NCBI GenBank assembly: GCA_036149055.1
Contig: JAYZQJ010000144.1
Span: 1 to 36,395 of the forward strand
From: Myxococcota bacterium
GTDB taxonomy: Bacteria > Myxococcota_A > Polyangia > Polyangiales > Sandaracinaceae
Length of the DNA: 36,395 nt
Reading direction: 5' to 3'
The first letter of the stretch is position 1; every line of letters begins with the position of its first letter. A program made the position numbers and the translations under genes. Shown here one piece after another: positions 35,650 to 36,395 of the stretch. Below the pieces are notes generated by a model. The model was given only the letters and a program-made list of their open reading frames with translations. It was not told the origin of the DNA and did no database searches.

Positions 35650-35664
35650 TCAAGCCACGTGCCA
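35650..35664 (-). promoter_or_regulatory. sigma54-type promoter of the lipoprotein/TolC-like/PilZ operon
   Basis: TGGCAC-GTGGC-TTGA, ending 13 nt before the ATG at 35636. Confidence 0.65.
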
Positions 35665-35674
35665 GGGTGCGCTC

Positions 35675-36021
35675 ACCTGATTTCGCACACTTACGGGCGC
35701 GGATCGGCGGAGGTGGCGGAGGATCGGGTGGCGGCCGCCGCTCGGGGGTGGGGTCCGAGCGCGAACGAGAGCGATGAACCGCTTGCCTCCAGTCGCCTGC
35801 CGTCCCCTGCGTTCCTGGGCGGCGTTGCTTCTTTCGGTCACGTGCTGAAAGCACGCTCCCTCGTCGCGCCTTGCCCAGAGAACGCAGGAAACGACAAGCT
35901 CGGTCCGGCTGGCAGTGCATCGCTCCCAGACCCGCGCTCGGACCCCCCTCGCGGCCGGCGTCCGCCACCCCTCGGCCCGCCACCCCCGCCAATTCGCCGC
36001 CGCAAGTGCCCGAGATCACGT
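35675..36021. repeat. ~345-bp imperfect palindrome centred at 35848
   Basis: 35678-35763 pairs ungapped with 36018-35933 (about 65 of 86 Watson-Crick by hand count); inner stems GAGCGATG/CATCGCTC, CCTGCGTTC/GAACGCAGG, CTGGGC/GCCCAG; apex CGTGCT-GAA-AGCACG. Confidence 0.85.
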
Positions 36022-36031
36022 CGCGGCGGGT

Positions 36032-36046
36032 CGGTACGGCGGGTGC
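36032..36046 (+). promoter_or_regulatory. Candidate sigma54-type promoter of the transposase
   Basis: CGGTAC-GGCGG-GTGC (GG-N10-GC) at the exact mirror position of the 35664-35650 promoter. Confidence 0.45.
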
Positions 36047-36060
36047 GGTGGGTGGACGGC

Positions 36061-36395
36061 GTGCCCACGCCTCCCCGCTACATCGAGCCGAAGTCCGTCT
36101 ACTTCGTCACCCGCCGCGTCGAAGGGCGGCGCTTCCTGCTGCGGCCGGACGACCGGCTGAGCTCGCTGATGAAGTACATGCTCGCGCACTACGCGAAGAA
36201 GCACGGCGTACAGGTCCACGTCTTCGTGGTGATGAGCACGCACTTCCATCTGGTGGTGAGCGTCGAGGACGGCAACGTGAGTGACTTCATGCACGACCTC
36301 GACCTGCTGCTGTCGAAGGAGGTGAAGGCGTTGCGGTCGGCGGCGCGGGGCGTGACGTGGGAGCCGGGCGAGCTGTCGGTCGTGCAGCTGCTGGA
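36061..36395 (+). CDS. HUH Y1 transposase, IS200/RAYT (REP-associated tyrosine transposase)-like; runs off the window end
   Basis: Hand translation MPTPPRYIEPKSVYFVTRRVEGRRFLLRP..KKHGVQVHVFVVMSTHFHLVV..SDFMHDL..: N-terminal 'YFVTRR' strand and HUH motif 'MSTHFH'; absent from the ORF track because there is no stop. Confidence 0.88.
   Translation, partial: MPTPPRYIEPKSVYFVTRRVEGRRFLLRPDDRLSSLMKYMLAHYAKKHGVQVHVFVVMSTHFHLVVSVEDGNVSDFMHDLDLLLSKEVKALRSAARGVTWEPGELSVVQLL

Noticed and set aside
35675..36021. Relocated 6S RNA or other ncRNA
   Set aside because: About twice the usual 6S length. The symmetry includes outward-facing promoter motifs and many non-pairing mismatches, which favours a DNA element. 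Not excluded without a covariance-model search
36016..36294. 92-aa minus-strand ORF and 137-aa ORF at 35871-36284
   Set aside because: Both overlap the HUH transposase frame, which has the recognisable motifs

Overview
High-GC window that looks myxobacterial (MYXO-CTERM protein, Cys-rich lipoproteins, sigma54 enhancer-binding protein, Ser/Thr kinase, zinc-ribbon/TPR protein); the taxon is inferred. It holds about 31 real genes, and many long ORFs in the track are antisense shadows. From left to right: a hairpin cluster and a degenerate M29-like peptidase; a blaI-M56 protease-tolC-MFP-RND metal-efflux operon with a perfect operator palindrome; uvrC; a FliA-like sigma factor with a sigma54-type promoter, downstream of zapA-ygfA-EBP; a large Zn-ribbon/DLP-repeat/TPR protein; surface proteins; a punA-cdd-deaminase salvage operon; an atypical kinase; rplU-rpmA; a cN-II nucleotidase; a lipoprotein/TolC-like/PilZ operon; and the 5' part of an HUH (Y1/RAYT-like) transposase missing from the ORF track. 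The most striking signal is the ~420-bp gap before the transposase. It is one imperfect palindrome centred at 35848 with mirror-image outward-facing sigma54-type promoters, one facing the host operon and one facing the transposase. All calls are by eye, with no database searches.
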